A DNA stretch of 63,857 bases, filler included, from Candidatus Rokuibacteriota bacterium (GTDB lineage: Bacteria > JAUVQV01 > DATDCY01): NCBI GenBank assembly GCA_031406795.1. It is 5 parts of 5 records of this genome, joined end to end, with 100 filler letters (N's around TTAATTAATTAA, not from the genome) between each part and the next. Parts side by side here need not be neighbours in the genome. Positions count along the whole stretch, not along the records: positions 1 to 27,687 come from JANOHV010000174.1; 4 more parts are not named here. One strand, 5' to 3'. The notes beneath the pieces are model-generated. The model had not been told where the DNA came from. It made no database searches and saw only the letters and a program-made list of their open reading frames with translations. Each line of letters opens with the position of its first letter. The first letter of the stretch is position 1. Positions 1-9,111 of the stretch are shown here, piece after piece. The translations under genes were made by a program, and so were the position numbers.

Positions 1-5
1 CCTTC

Positions 6-404
6 GTGATCTACCTCACCGGGATCCTGCCGCCCCACACCCCGGTCAACGACCTGCCGAAGTACTGGAAGATGCCGGTGAAACAGTACCTGCTCGAGAC
101 GAAAATCGACCGGCACGCCGAGGAGTACTGGCAAATCCCGGCCGAGCCGCCCGAGCTGCGGAAAAAATTTATCCATGACACGAACATCCACCCCGGCTGG
201 TCCTGGCTGCACCGGGTCGGCAAGGGGGATTTCCTGAACTTCATCCCGATCGCCTTCCTCGCCGCGATCACGGTGATCTGCTACATCCGGATCATCCCGA
301 TCTTCTTCGCCAAGAAGGACATGGTCTACACCCTGCTGGCCGTCACCGAGGTCGTCGTGCTCACGCTCGCCGCCTCGGGGTACCTCGGCAGCGGCGGCCA
401 CTAA
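6..404 (+). CDS. DUF1634-like membrane protein, probably 5'-truncated by the window edge
   Basis: Hydrophobic C-terminal helices and GWSWL..GDFLNF..IAFLA motif, recalled from the small membrane partners of TauE genes. Confidence 0.6.
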   Translation: MIYLTGILPPHTPVNDLPKYWKMPVKQYLLETKIDRHAEEYWQIPAEPPELRKKFIHDTNIHPGWSWLHRVGKGDFLNFIPIAFLAAITVICYIRIIPIFFAKKDMVYTLLAVTEVVVLTLAASGYLGSGGH

Positions 405-456
405 GGCGCGGCATATTCTGGGAAAAGCGGCGGGGCGCTCAGCCCCGCCGCTTCTG

Positions 457-1197
457 CTAGCCGATCTTCTCCCCCTCGATCAGCAGGTAGGTGTCGTGCT
501 TGATGAAGCGCGTTGAGGTGATTTGCAGCTCGGGGTTGTTCAGGAGATGCCGGTGCGTGTCGCGATCGAAGCGCGCGCCGTAGACTTTTTCCACGAAGGG
601 TGCGAAGAGATCCTGCCGCCGTCTCAACGCCGGGTCCTGCGAGTACACCATCTCGAGTAACCGGAACTTGCCCCCGGGCTTGAGCACCCGCCCGAACTGG
701 GCGATCGCCTGCTCCTGGAGACCGGCCGGGAGGACGCAGCAGAGGAAGGTCGCCACAACCCAGTCGTACCGGTCGGACTCGACCAAGGTCATGTCGCAGG
801 CGTCGTCCTGAAGCAGCCGCACGGAACACGACGCCTCACGGCAGCGCCGCGAAGCGTGTCGCAGCATCGCGGGGCTGAAATCCAGCGCGGTGAGTGCGAC
901 ATCTGACGGGTAGTACTTGAGGTTTCTCCCCGTGCCGACCCCTGCCTCCAGCACCTCGCCGTGCAGATCGCCTACGAGCTGTGGACGCCACTTTCGGTAC
1001 TGGAGTTCCCAAGGGGTATCCAGCAGGTCGTAGAACCAGGCCGTGACACCGTAGCGATCCCGGTTCCGGCGATTCTCCTCGCGCAAGTCCTCGACGGATT
1101 TCTGTCCAATTCCCACCTTCCAATAATAACGCTCTTGTCGGATATCGCCACTAGTTCGTGAAATGAAACGATCCGCTAGTCGGCTTTCGGTTGCCAC
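457..1197 (-). CDS. Class I SAM-dependent methyltransferase
   Basis: VLEAGVGTGRNL motif I, LDFSPAML, RVLKPGG; true start may lie downstream of 1197. Confidence 0.85.
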   Translation of the reverse strand: MATESRLADRFISRTSGDIRQERYYWKVGIGQKSVEDLREENRRNRDRYGVTAWFYDLLDTPWELQYRKWRPQLVGDLHGEVLEAGVGTGRNLKYYPSDVALTALDFSPAMLRHASRRCREASCSVRLLQDDACDMTLVESDRYDWVVATFLCCVLPAGLQEQAIAQFGRVLKPGGKFRLLEMVYSQDPALRRRQDLFAPFVEKVYGARFDRDTHRHLLNNPELQITSTRFIKHDTYLLIEGEKIG

Positions 1198-2090
1198 TGC
1201 TTCGCGAAGGCAATGAAAGTCGCCAGTATCGCGGTTTCCTTCTTGAGACGATGGCGAACGATGAAGAACTTGCGGCCCGCGGTCAGACCGTTGACGCGAA
1301 GCCGGACGAGCCAGCCCGCAGAGATTTCGTTGCCCACCGTGAGTGCCGAGAAATAGCCGATGCCGTGCCCCGACATCACGACCTGCTTGATCGCCTCCAC
1401 GGACCCGAGTTCCATGAAGTGCGGTAAAGAGATGCCCCGCCGGTTCAAGTGGGCTTCCATGGTCGCCCGCGTGGCCGAGCCCGGCTCACGGATCACCATT
1501 CGCTCCTTCAAGAATCGCTCCGGCGCGATGGAACGGGCCCGGGCAAGCGGGTGTCCCGGGGCGCAGCAGAAGAAGAGCTCGTCCTCCAGGAAGGGCTCCG
1601 AGACGATGTCCCGGGAGGTCCCGGCGGTCCCGATGAACCCCAGATCGAATTCGTTGGTCAGAAGCCGCTCTTCAATGTGTGCCGAGTTTTCAACGACGAG
1701 AGTGACCTTGACCCGGGGATATGCCACCGAGAATTCGGCGAGCCGCGAAGGCAGAAAATAGGTCCCAAGTGAGGTGCTGGCACCGACCCTGACGATGCCG
1801 GTGCCATTCTCCCGATATGCGGCGAAGTCCTGAGTCATCTCCCGCAGCCACCCCTCCATGCGCGTCGCATAGGCTTGCAACAGGTGTCCGGCATCCGTGA
1901 TGTGCACTTTCTTCCCGATGAGTTCGAATGGTGGTGTGCCCAGTACGATGCCCAGTTCCCGGATCTGCACCGAGACGGCGGACTGGGTGAGATGCAATTC
2001 GGCGGCGGCGGCGGTGAAGCTGCGATGGCGGGCAACGGCGCGGAAGATTCGCAGGTGGTGGAGCGTCAGACGCGCGAGCTCATCTTCCAT
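1176..2090 (-). CDS. LysR family transcriptional regulator, divergent from the selenoprotein cluster
   Basis: N-terminal HTH SFTAAAAELHLTQSAVSVQIREL; substrate domain REPGSATR, GSVEAIKQVV (CysL/CbbR-like). Confidence 0.93.
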   Translation of the reverse strand: MEDELARLTLHHLRIFRAVARHRSFTAAAAELHLTQSAVSVQIRELGIVLGTPPFELIGKKVHITDAGHLLQAYATRMEGWLREMTQDFAAYRENGTGIVRVGASTSLGTYFLPSRLAEFSVAYPRVKVTLVVENSAHIEERLLTNEFDLGFIGTAGTSRDIVSEPFLEDELFFCCAPGHPLARARSIAPERFLKERMVIREPGSATRATMEAHLNRRGISLPHFMELGSVEAIKQVVMSGHGIGYFSALTVGNEISAGWLVRLRVNGLTAGRKFFIVRHRLKKETAILATFIAFAKQWQPKAD

Positions 2091-2102
2091 GAGAACTACT
2101 TA

Positions 2103-2123
2103 TCATAATCATGACTATTATGA
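2103..2123. promoter_or_regulatory. Candidate LysR operator (inverted repeat)
   Basis: TCATAAT-catgact-ATTATGA in the AT-rich divergent intergenic region. Confidence 0.55.
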
Positions 2124-2163
2124 AATATCATCTTCTTCACGACAAGTCTAACTTGATGGCGAG

Positions 2164-2937
2164 ATGACATTGCCGCTGCTTGTCTTCCTGATCGGGGCCG
2201 GCGGCGGAGCCCTCTCCGGACTCCTCGGGATCGGCGGCGGAATCGTCACGGCGCCTTTGCTCCTGTATCTGCCGCGGATCTTCGGACTCGAGCCGCTCTC
2301 GATGCATGCCGTCGGCGGCCTGACCATCTCCCAGGCGCTCTTCGCGAGCCTCTTCGGCGGCGTCGCGCACTGGCGGACGGGGAACGTTGACCGGCGCCTC
2401 GCCGGGGTGATGAGCGGCGTCATCTTCGTGGCGGCGCTCGTGGGCGGGGCGGGATCGAAATTCTTCAGCCACCGGTCTCTCCTCGGTCTCTTCCTGCTGC
2501 TCTCGCTGGCGGCCGCCGTCCTGATCCTGCTGCCGCAGCCGGAGGGAGACGGGACGGGGTACCGACCCGGCGCTTTTTCGACACCGGGTGCCATTGGCAC
2601 TGCCCTGGGCATCGGCGTTCTCAGCGGACTCGTCGGACAGGGCGGGTCGTTCATTCTGATCCCGATGGCAGTGACCCTCCTCAGGGTGCCGCTGCGGATC
2701 GCGATGGGCAGCAACATGGTCATCATCTTCTTCGCGTCGCTCGCGGGATTTCTCGGCAAGGCGGTTACTGGACAGGTCCCCCCGCTGCTCGCTGCCGTGT
2801 TGCTGGCGGGCATCCTGCCGGGGTCGCTGGCCGGTGTCGCGCTCGCGCGTCGCATGCCGACGGGCGCCCTCCGGGTGGCTCTCGGCGTCCTGATAATCGC
2901 AGCGTGCGCCCGGATGGCGCTCGATCTGTTCGCCTAG
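2164..2937 (+). CDS. Sulfite exporter TauE/SafE family protein
   Basis: Duplicated SGLLGIGGG / SGLVGQGG motifs, about 8 TM helices. Confidence 0.9.
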   Translation: MTLPLLVFLIGAGGGALSGLLGIGGGIVTAPLLLYLPRIFGLEPLSMHAVGGLTISQALFASLFGGVAHWRTGNVDRRLAGVMSGVIFVAALVGGAGSKFFSHRSLLGLFLLLSLAAAVLILLPQPEGDGTGYRPGAFSTPGAIGTALGIGVLSGLVGQGGSFILIPMAVTLLRVPLRIAMGSNMVIIFFASLAGFLGKAVTGQVPPLLAAVLLAGILPGSLAGVALARRMPTGALRVALGVLIIAACARMALDLFA

Positions 2938-2976
2938 CCACGAAGTCACACCATCACCACGAAAGGGGAGGACGCC

Positions 2977-3240
2977 ATGAAGAAGCCGATCATCACGCTC
3001 TACAGCAACGAACCCATGGGAAAGAGGTGACGGCAGAACCTCGCGGTCGCCTCCCGTGCGGAGGCCGAACTGGGTGCTGAAATCGTGATCGTGAAGAAGA
3101 CCTCGCCGGAGTACCACCCGGGAACGGACCCACCCTGTCCCACGGTGGTCGTCAACGGGGAAGTTCTCGTGAAGGATGGCACGGTGACCTTCGAGCAGCT
3201 CCGGGATGCGATCCAGCAGAACCTGGAATATTGCATATGA
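2977..3240 (+). CDS. Selenoprotein, NEPxGxxU-motif thioredoxin-like small protein (87 aa, Sec at codon 18)
   Basis: RBS AAGGGGAGG, ATG 2977; MKKPIITLYSNEPMGKR-U(TGA 3028-3030)-RQNLAVASRAEAELGAEIVIVKKTS...PPCPTVVVNGEVLVKDG...; frame stays open to TGA 3238, which overlaps the next ATG (ATGA); hairpin follows the UGA. Confidence 0.85.
3049..3065 (+). promoter_or_regulatory. Bacterial SECIS-like hairpin
   Basis: GCCTCC-cgtgc-GGAGGC; loop 24 nt after UGA, with GU at loop positions 2-3. Confidence 0.65.
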
Positions 3241-4025
3241 GCTGGTCGCTGCTGGCTACCCTGCTGGGGCTCGGTCTCGGTGGCGGGTTCCTCTCCGGCC
3301 TCCTCGGTCTCGGCGGGGCGATCTTCATGATCCCGCTGCTGCTCTATGTCCCGCCGCTGCTCGGCGTGGGCCAATTCGACATGAAGATCGTCGCCGCGAT
3401 CAGCATGGTGCAGGTGCTGTCAGCCTCCCTGACCGGTGTGCTGGTGCACAACAAGAACAAGTTCGTCAGCAAACAGCTCCTGATCGTCATGGGCGTCATG
3501 AACGCCGTTGGAAACCTCGCCGGTTCCCTTTACTCGAAGAACACGCGGAGTTCGCTGCTCCTTGCGATCTTCGCCACCCTGGCGGTCATCGCCGCGGTCG
3601 TGATGTTCATCCCCCGTCGCGACCAGGGCGGGGACATCGCTCCGGATGACGTGAAATTCAACAAGCCGCTCGCGGCGGCGGTCAGTCTGGCCATCGGGTG
3701 CTTCGGCGGCATGGTCGGCGCGCCGGGGGCCTTCCTTTATATCCCGGTGATGATCTATCTGCTGGGCATCCCGACACGGATCGTGATCGGCAGCACCCTC
3801 GGCATCGTTCTGCTGGGGGCGATCACGGGCACCATCGGCAAGATGGTCACCGGCCAGATCATCTGGCCGTACGCGATCGCGCTGGTGATCGGCACCATCC
3901 CCGGCGCGCAGATCGGCAGCCGGATGAGCAAGAAGGTCAACACGAAGCACCTGCGGCTGGCGATTGCGGTCATCATCGCGGTCACCGGAGTGCGGATGTG
4001 GTACCAGATCGTGACCGGGCGTTGA
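3237..4025 (+). CDS. Sulfite exporter TauE/SafE family protein
   Basis: SGLLGLGG and GGMVGAPG repeats; ATG 3237 coupled to the upstream stop. Confidence 0.9.
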   Translation: MSWSLLATLLGLGLGGGFLSGLLGLGGAIFMIPLLLYVPPLLGVGQFDMKIVAAISMVQVLSASLTGVLVHNKNKFVSKQLLIVMGVMNAVGNLAGSLYSKNTRSSLLLAIFATLAVIAAVVMFIPRRDQGGDIAPDDVKFNKPLAAAVSLAIGCFGGMVGAPGAFLYIPVMIYLLGIPTRIVIGSTLGIVLLGAITGTIGKMVTGQIIWPYAIALVIGTIPGAQIGSRMSKKVNTKHLRLAIAVIIAVTGVRMWYQIVTGR

Positions 4026-4103
4026 GTGCGCATCGGGTTTCCCGAACGCGCCGACTCGTAACGGCAGCCGACAGGTTGTCGGTCCATTGAGAAGGGTCAG
4101 GCT

Positions 4104-5291
4104 ATGACGAAGATTGTGGTGTTGGGTGGGTCTTTTGGCGGGTTGACCGCCGCACTCGAGCTCAAACGGCTGCTCGGGGCGCGCGCGGAGGTAACCGTCA
4201 TCAGCGATGACGACCGCTTCGTGTTTCTTCCCTCGTTGCCGTGGTTGATCATGGGGTGGCGCAGACCGGACGACATCACGCTTTCGGCGAGCGAAATCCT
4301 CCGGCCGAAGGGGATCGCATTTATTCACGAGGCGGCGCGGCTGGTGGACCCCGAGAACCACCGGGTGGAAACCGCGACCAGGCACGTGCCGTACGACTAC
4401 CTGGTGGTCGCTACCGGATCGCACCAGGCTTTCGACGATATCCCCGGCCTCGGCCCCGAAACGGGCTTCACGGACAGCACTTTTACCCTCGATCAGGCCA
4501 TGCGAACCGCGCAGACCTGGAAGCGCATCCTGGAAAAGCCCGGGCCGCTGGTGCTCGGCGCCTCGCAGATGGTCAGCTGCTTCGGCCCTTCGTACGAGTT
4601 GGCCTTCGAGATGGATGCCGAGCTCAGACGGCTCAAAATGCGGCATGCGGTGCCGATCGTCTACCTCACCTCCGAGCCGTACCTCGGGCACATGGGTGTC
4701 GGCGGCATCGGCAAGTCGCGACGCTTCATCGAGGACGAGTTTGCCGAGCGCGACATCAAGCCGCTGGTGAACCAGGCCATCGAGGAGATCGCCCCGGGAG
4801 AGATCCGGCTCAAGGACGGCACGAAGATCCCCTTCGCGCTGGCCATGATCGCCCCGCCGTTCAAAGGCATTGCGGCGGTCGCGTCACTGGGGAATCCACG
4901 GGGTTTCATTCCCGTGGACAGGAACTACCGGCACGCCCGGTACAAGAACGTGTTTGCGGTCGGCGTGGCGATCGCGATCGCGCCGGCGGAGCCGACGCCG
5001 GTGCCGACCGGGGTTCCGAAGACCGGCTTCATGACGGTGAAGATGGCGAAAGTGGCGGCAGCGACGCTCGCGGCGGAGATCACGGGGGCGCCTCCCCCCG
5101 CGGCTGAGCACCTGGGCGTGATCTGCCTCATGGACATGGGGCCCACGGCCGCAATCATGAAGGCCTACCCGGTCCTCCCGCCGCGGCAGAGTTCCTACCT
5201 GAAGGAGGCGATCTGGGCAAAATGGATGAAGCTCGGATTCGAGAAGTATTTTCTTTGGAAAATGAAGCGCGGCCTGAGCAATCTGCCGTGA
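4104..5291 (+). CDS. sqr: Sulfide:quinone oxidoreductase-like FAD-dependent oxidoreductase
   Basis: GGSFGG Rossmann motif, SCFGPSYE and ICLMDMG catalytic Cys motifs, GVPKTGFM, C-terminal KLGFEKYFLWK. Confidence 0.8.
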   Translation: MTKIVVLGGSFGGLTAALELKRLLGARAEVTVISDDDRFVFLPSLPWLIMGWRRPDDITLSASEILRPKGIAFIHEAARLVDPENHRVETATRHVPYDYLVVATGSHQAFDDIPGLGPETGFTDSTFTLDQAMRTAQTWKRILEKPGPLVLGASQMVSCFGPSYELAFEMDAELRRLKMRHAVPIVYLTSEPYLGHMGVGGIGKSRRFIEDEFAERDIKPLVNQAIEEIAPGEIRLKDGTKIPFALAMIAPPFKGIAAVASLGNPRGFIPVDRNYRHARYKNVFAVGVAIAIAPAEPTPVPTGVPKTGFMTVKMAKVAAATLAAEITGAPPPAAEHLGVICLMDMGPTAAIMKAYPVLPPRQSSYLKEAIWAKWMKLGFEKYFLWKMKRGLSNLP

Positions 5292-5304
5292 AGACAACCT
5301 GGGC

Positions 5305-5985
5305 ATGATAGCCATCGTCGCGACGTACGCGGTCATCGCGGCGTTCTATCTGCGGCTTGGCCTCCATGCGTTGCGTTGGCTGCAGGCAGCCGTGCGCTTC
5401 AAGGCCGGTCCGAGCAGTGGCGCGGCGACGACGGTGCGTGCGGCAGCCGACACGGCTCTGGACATCATGATGCTTCGCAGGCTGCTCATCGTGAATCCTG
5501 CCCTCTGGGTCGGCGAGTGGGTGTTTCATGCGTCCCTGTTCCTGATTGTCCTCAGGCATCTTCGCTATTTCTTGGAAGTCGCACCGTTTTGGGTACGCTG
5601 GTCACAGACACCGGGATGGATCGCCGGCTTTCTGCTGCCGGCGGCTCTCTTGTATATCTTCGCCGTCCGCCTGCTGAGCGGGCAGGAGAAATTCTCATCA
5701 AGAGCAAATCTTCTGATGCTGCTGAATGTTCTCGCCATCGGCGCCACGGGACTCTTGATGAGCACCCGATACCGAGTTGACCTGGTGGCGGTCAAGCTTT
5801 TCGCGCTGGGTATCGTCACGCTTAACCCGTCACCTCCGCCGCAGAACGCCATATTCATGGTCCACCTGGCACTTGTTCTCGCACTGATCCTGTATATTCC
5901 CGGCCATGTCTTCACCGCGCCGCTCGTCATGCTGGATGCGCGTCGTCGCGATCGTGAACGCCAGGAGGTGATGCATGACCGATAA
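5305..5985 (+). CDS. NarI/DsrM-like membrane b-type cytochrome subunit
   Basis: About 5-6 TM helices, WVFHASL..LRHLRYF and MVHL...GH His pattern. Confidence 0.7.
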   Translation: MIAIVATYAVIAAFYLRLGLHALRWLQAAVRFKAGPSSGAATTVRAAADTALDIMMLRRLLIVNPALWVGEWVFHASLFLIVLRHLRYFLEVAPFWVRWSQTPGWIAGFLLPAALLYIFAVRLLSGQEKFSSRANLLMLLNVLAIGATGLLMSTRYRVDLVAVKLFALGIVTLNPSPPPQNAIFMVHLALVLALILYIPGHVFTAPLVMLDARRRDRERQEVMHDR

Positions 5986-7180
5986 GCGGTCCTTCGGCGA
6001 GGAACTTTCGCCCCGGCAGTTGATCGAGATCGACGCTTGCACGCAGTGCGGCGAGTGCCTGAAACATTGCCCGGTGCAGATGGTCACCGGGAACCCGGCC
6101 ATTGCTCCACCGGAGAAGATCCGGCTTTTCCGGGAGTTCCTGCGCGCAACGGACGGGATCAAGGCCCGCCTTCTCGGCCCCCAGGCGGTGGACCCGAAGC
6201 TGCTTGAAGACTTCACCAAGGCCGTCTACGAGTGCACGACCTGCGGCGCCTGCGGCGAGAGTTGCCCCGTGGGGATTTTCACGCAGCGACTCTGGCCGAC
6301 GCTGCGCAAGGAATTGGTTCGACGCGGACTCGGCCCCCTCGGGCCGCAGCCGAAGATGCCCGGGGCGATCGAACGCACGGGCAACCCTTATGACAAGCCG
6401 GCCGCGGAACGCTATTCCCCCTGGCTTCCGGAGCAGGTCCACGTTGCCGAGCGCGCCGAAATCGCCTACTACGCCGGGTGCACCGGCGCTTACGAGTCCA
6501 TGCCGATGGTGCGGGGCGACGTCCTCGTGCTGCACGCCACCGGCATTCCTTTCACGATGCTGCCGCCCGAAGAGGAAGTCTGCTGCGGGTTCCCGCTGTT
6601 CATCACCGGGCAGCACGAACTACTTGCCGGACTGGTGAAGCGACTCGTCGAAGGCTATCAGGCGCGCGGCGTGAAGACGCTGGTGTGCTCGTGTCCCTGC
6701 TGCGTGAACATCATGTCGCGTGACTGGCCGGCACTCTACGGCAAAGAGTTGCCATTCAAGATCCGGCACATCACCCAATTCGTCGTCGACGCCTTCAACC
6801 AGGGGAAACTTCGCGTGCCGCGTGCACTGCATGAACGGGTCATCTACCACGACCCCTGCTACCTGAGCCGCGGTGTCGGGGTGATCGAGGAGCCCCGGGA
6901 GACGCTGCGGCGCATCCCGGGACTCACGGTGCTGGAGTTCGATTGCCACGGCCTCAACTCCCGATGCTGCGGCTCCGGCGGCGCCGCGCGCAAGGTGTTT
7001 CACGAAAACGCGATCGCAATGGGCCGATTGACGATCGACGAAGCGGTGGCGAAGGGAGCCGACCGGCTGATCCTGAGTTGCCCCGCCTGCTATGCCAAGG
7101 TCAACGAGGCGATGCAGGGGTACGAAAAGCAGATCCGGATCACGGATATCATGGAGCTGCTGGCCTCCACGCTGCAGTGA
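5975..7180 (+). CDS. (Fe-S)-binding oxidoreductase, HdrD/GlpC-like with CCG domains
   Basis: Two CxxCxxCxxxCP ferredoxin motifs; YAGC, VCCG, SCPCC, YHDPCYL, RCCGSGG, SCPAC. Confidence 0.9.
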   Translation: MTDKRSFGEELSPRQLIEIDACTQCGECLKHCPVQMVTGNPAIAPPEKIRLFREFLRATDGIKARLLGPQAVDPKLLEDFTKAVYECTTCGACGESCPVGIFTQRLWPTLRKELVRRGLGPLGPQPKMPGAIERTGNPYDKPAAERYSPWLPEQVHVAERAEIAYYAGCTGAYESMPMVRGDVLVLHATGIPFTMLPPEEEVCCGFPLFITGQHELLAGLVKRLVEGYQARGVKTLVCSCPCCVNIMSRDWPALYGKELPFKIRHITQFVVDAFNQGKLRVPRALHERVIYHDPCYLSRGVGVIEEPRETLRRIPGLTVLEFDCHGLNSRCCGSGGAARKVFHENAIAMGRLTIDEAVAKGADRLILSCPACYAKVNEAMQGYEKQIRITDIMELLASTLQ

Positions 7181-7349
7181 AGGAACCGCATGACATGCCG
7201 ATCCCCCGCGGAGGATGTGAGCCAGATTCTTTCCCGGCATCAAACTCCCACCACCAGGGAGGACGACCATGGCCAAAGCGAAGCAGTGGAATGGAGATGG
7301 AAATGAAGATGATGTCTCGGGAGACCGTCTCCCTGCAAGGGGACAAACC

Positions 7350-9089
7350 ATGAGTCGGCGTAACATTCTCGCACGAAAAACTTGCGAATGGACTGCATTC
7401 TGCCTCGTCTTCCTCATTCCGGCGCTGTTCTGGACGCCCGAGGCTTTTTCGGCAGCCGGCGCGCCCACGATGGAAGATGTCCGCGTCGAGGCCGTCCGCG
7501 GTGGCTACCAACTCATCGATCTCGGGGAATTGCGCGGTATGCTGAAGCGCGGGCCGGGGCGAATCCTCCTCGTCGACACGCGGCAGGACTGGGAGTACCG
7601 CACCGGTCACATCCCGGGCTCGATCAACTTCTCCTTTGAGCCGACGCGGTGGTCGCGACTGAAGAACCGTTGGGCCTTGAAAGCGGCGCTTGGCGCGGAC
7701 AAATCGCGCCCGCTCGTCTTTTACTGAGCCGGCCTCACATGAGTCCGTAGCGACTCGGCGGCCCGGGTGGCCGTACGGCTTGGATACAAGGAAGTCTATC
7801 GGTATCCCACAGGTTTTCCCGAGTGGCAGGCAAACGGCCTGCCGGTGGGGAATGCCCCGGCGGGTGAGGTGCATGCCTCTCCGAAATCCCAAAGTGGCCG
7901 GGGTCTGATCTGGACGCTGCTCGGCGTATTTCTCGGCGGGATGGCCTTGAATCTCACCCCGTGTGTCTATCCGATCATCCCGATCACCGTCTCCTATTTC
8001 GGCGGTCGCAGCGGCGGGAAAGGGAGTGTTCTTGCGCATGGCCTCTGCTACGTGGGCGGTTTGGCGCTCACGAACTCGCTGCTCGGTGTTGCCGCCGCAC
8101 TCACCGGTGGGCTCATGGGCGCCGCGTTGCAGAACCCAGCCGTACTGGCGGCCGTCGCGGTCGTTCTGCTCGCCTTCGCCGCGAGTCTGTTCGGCTTCTG
8201 GGAACTGCGCCTGCCATCGGGCCTGACGCGTTCCGCGTCGCGTTCCTTCGCCGGCTTTTCCGGCAGCGTCTTCATGGGCCTGACGATGGGAGTCGTGGCG
8301 GCGCCATGCATCGGGCCCTTCGTGCTCGGACTCCTGACGTGGGTGGCGAGCAGTGGCAGCGCCCTTCTCGGATTCACGGTCTTCTTCACGCTGAGTCTCG
8401 GCCTCGGACTTCCCCTGCTCTTTCTGGCGCTCTTCAGCGGCCGGCTGGAGCGACTCCCACGGGCGGGGGAATGGATGGTCTGGGTGCGCCGCCTCATGGG
8501 TTGGGTCCTGGTCGGGATGGCCCTGCACTTTGTGCGCCCGGTCTTTCCTCCCGACGTGGGGCCAATCCTGCTGGCCGCCGTCGCTCTGATCGCCGGCATC
8601 GACCTGGGGTGGAGAACGACGATTGCCGGGGGATCGCGCGGTTTCGCCCTCTTTCGAACCGTGGTTGGCGTCCTCGGCGTCCTTCTCGCCCTGACGCTCG
8701 CCGGTGGCCGGCTCCTCCGCGGACCGGGGATGCCATGGCAGCCTTATTCGGACCGACTCGTCGCGACCGCGCTCCAGGAGGGCAAACCGGTGATCATCGA
8801 CTTCTCGGCGGCCTGGTGCACACCCTGCCGCAGGCTGGAGGACGAAACCTTCGATGACAAACGGGTGGTGGCATTCGCGACGGCACACTTTACCGTGGTC
8901 AAGGTCGACCTCACGAGCAGCGGCAATCTTCTCAATGAACACCTGCTCCGGAAGTACTCGATCAAGGGGGTGCCGACGATTGTCTTCCTGGGAACCGACG
9001 GCCGCGAGTTGCCGGCATTGCGCCTGGTCGACTATCTCCCGGCCGATGGCTTTTTGGCCCGCATGCAGGCGGCGCGCGGGAACCAGTAA
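7350..9089 (+). CDS. tsoB: Double-Sec rhodanese / DsbD-beta / thioredoxin fusion selenoprotein
   Basis: ORFs 7269-7727 and 7767-9089 are in one frame, joined by FY-U(7725)-AGLT-U(7740)-VRSDSAARVAVRLGYKEVYRYPTGFPEWQANGLP, the rhodanese YCxGxxCxRS loop; then LTPCVYP, APCIGP (DsbD-beta) and WCTPC. Alternative start 7269. Symbol is recalled from NCBIfam naming and unverified. Confidence 0.88.
7740..7774 (+). promoter_or_regulatory. Two tandem SECIS-like hairpins
   Basis: GAGTC-cgtagc-GACTC (7741-7756, loop 18 nt after first UGA) and GCGGCC-cgggt-GGCCGT (7758-7774, loop 21 nt after second UGA). Confidence 0.6.
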
Positions 9090-9111
9090 CACGGACAGAG
9101 GAGGGAATCCG

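Noticed and set aside
7190-7363. Possible extra Sec ORF (MTCRSP...WRWK-TGA-R-TGA-CLG)
   Set aside because: No recognisable motif, overlaps the better supported frame, and no convincing SECIS; not excluded without a homology search
7725-7742. Pseudogene or genetic code 4/25 explanation for in-frame TGAs
   Set aside because: TGA is used as a normal stop throughout, Trp is TGG, and these TGAs fall at catalytic Cys positions with downstream hairpins
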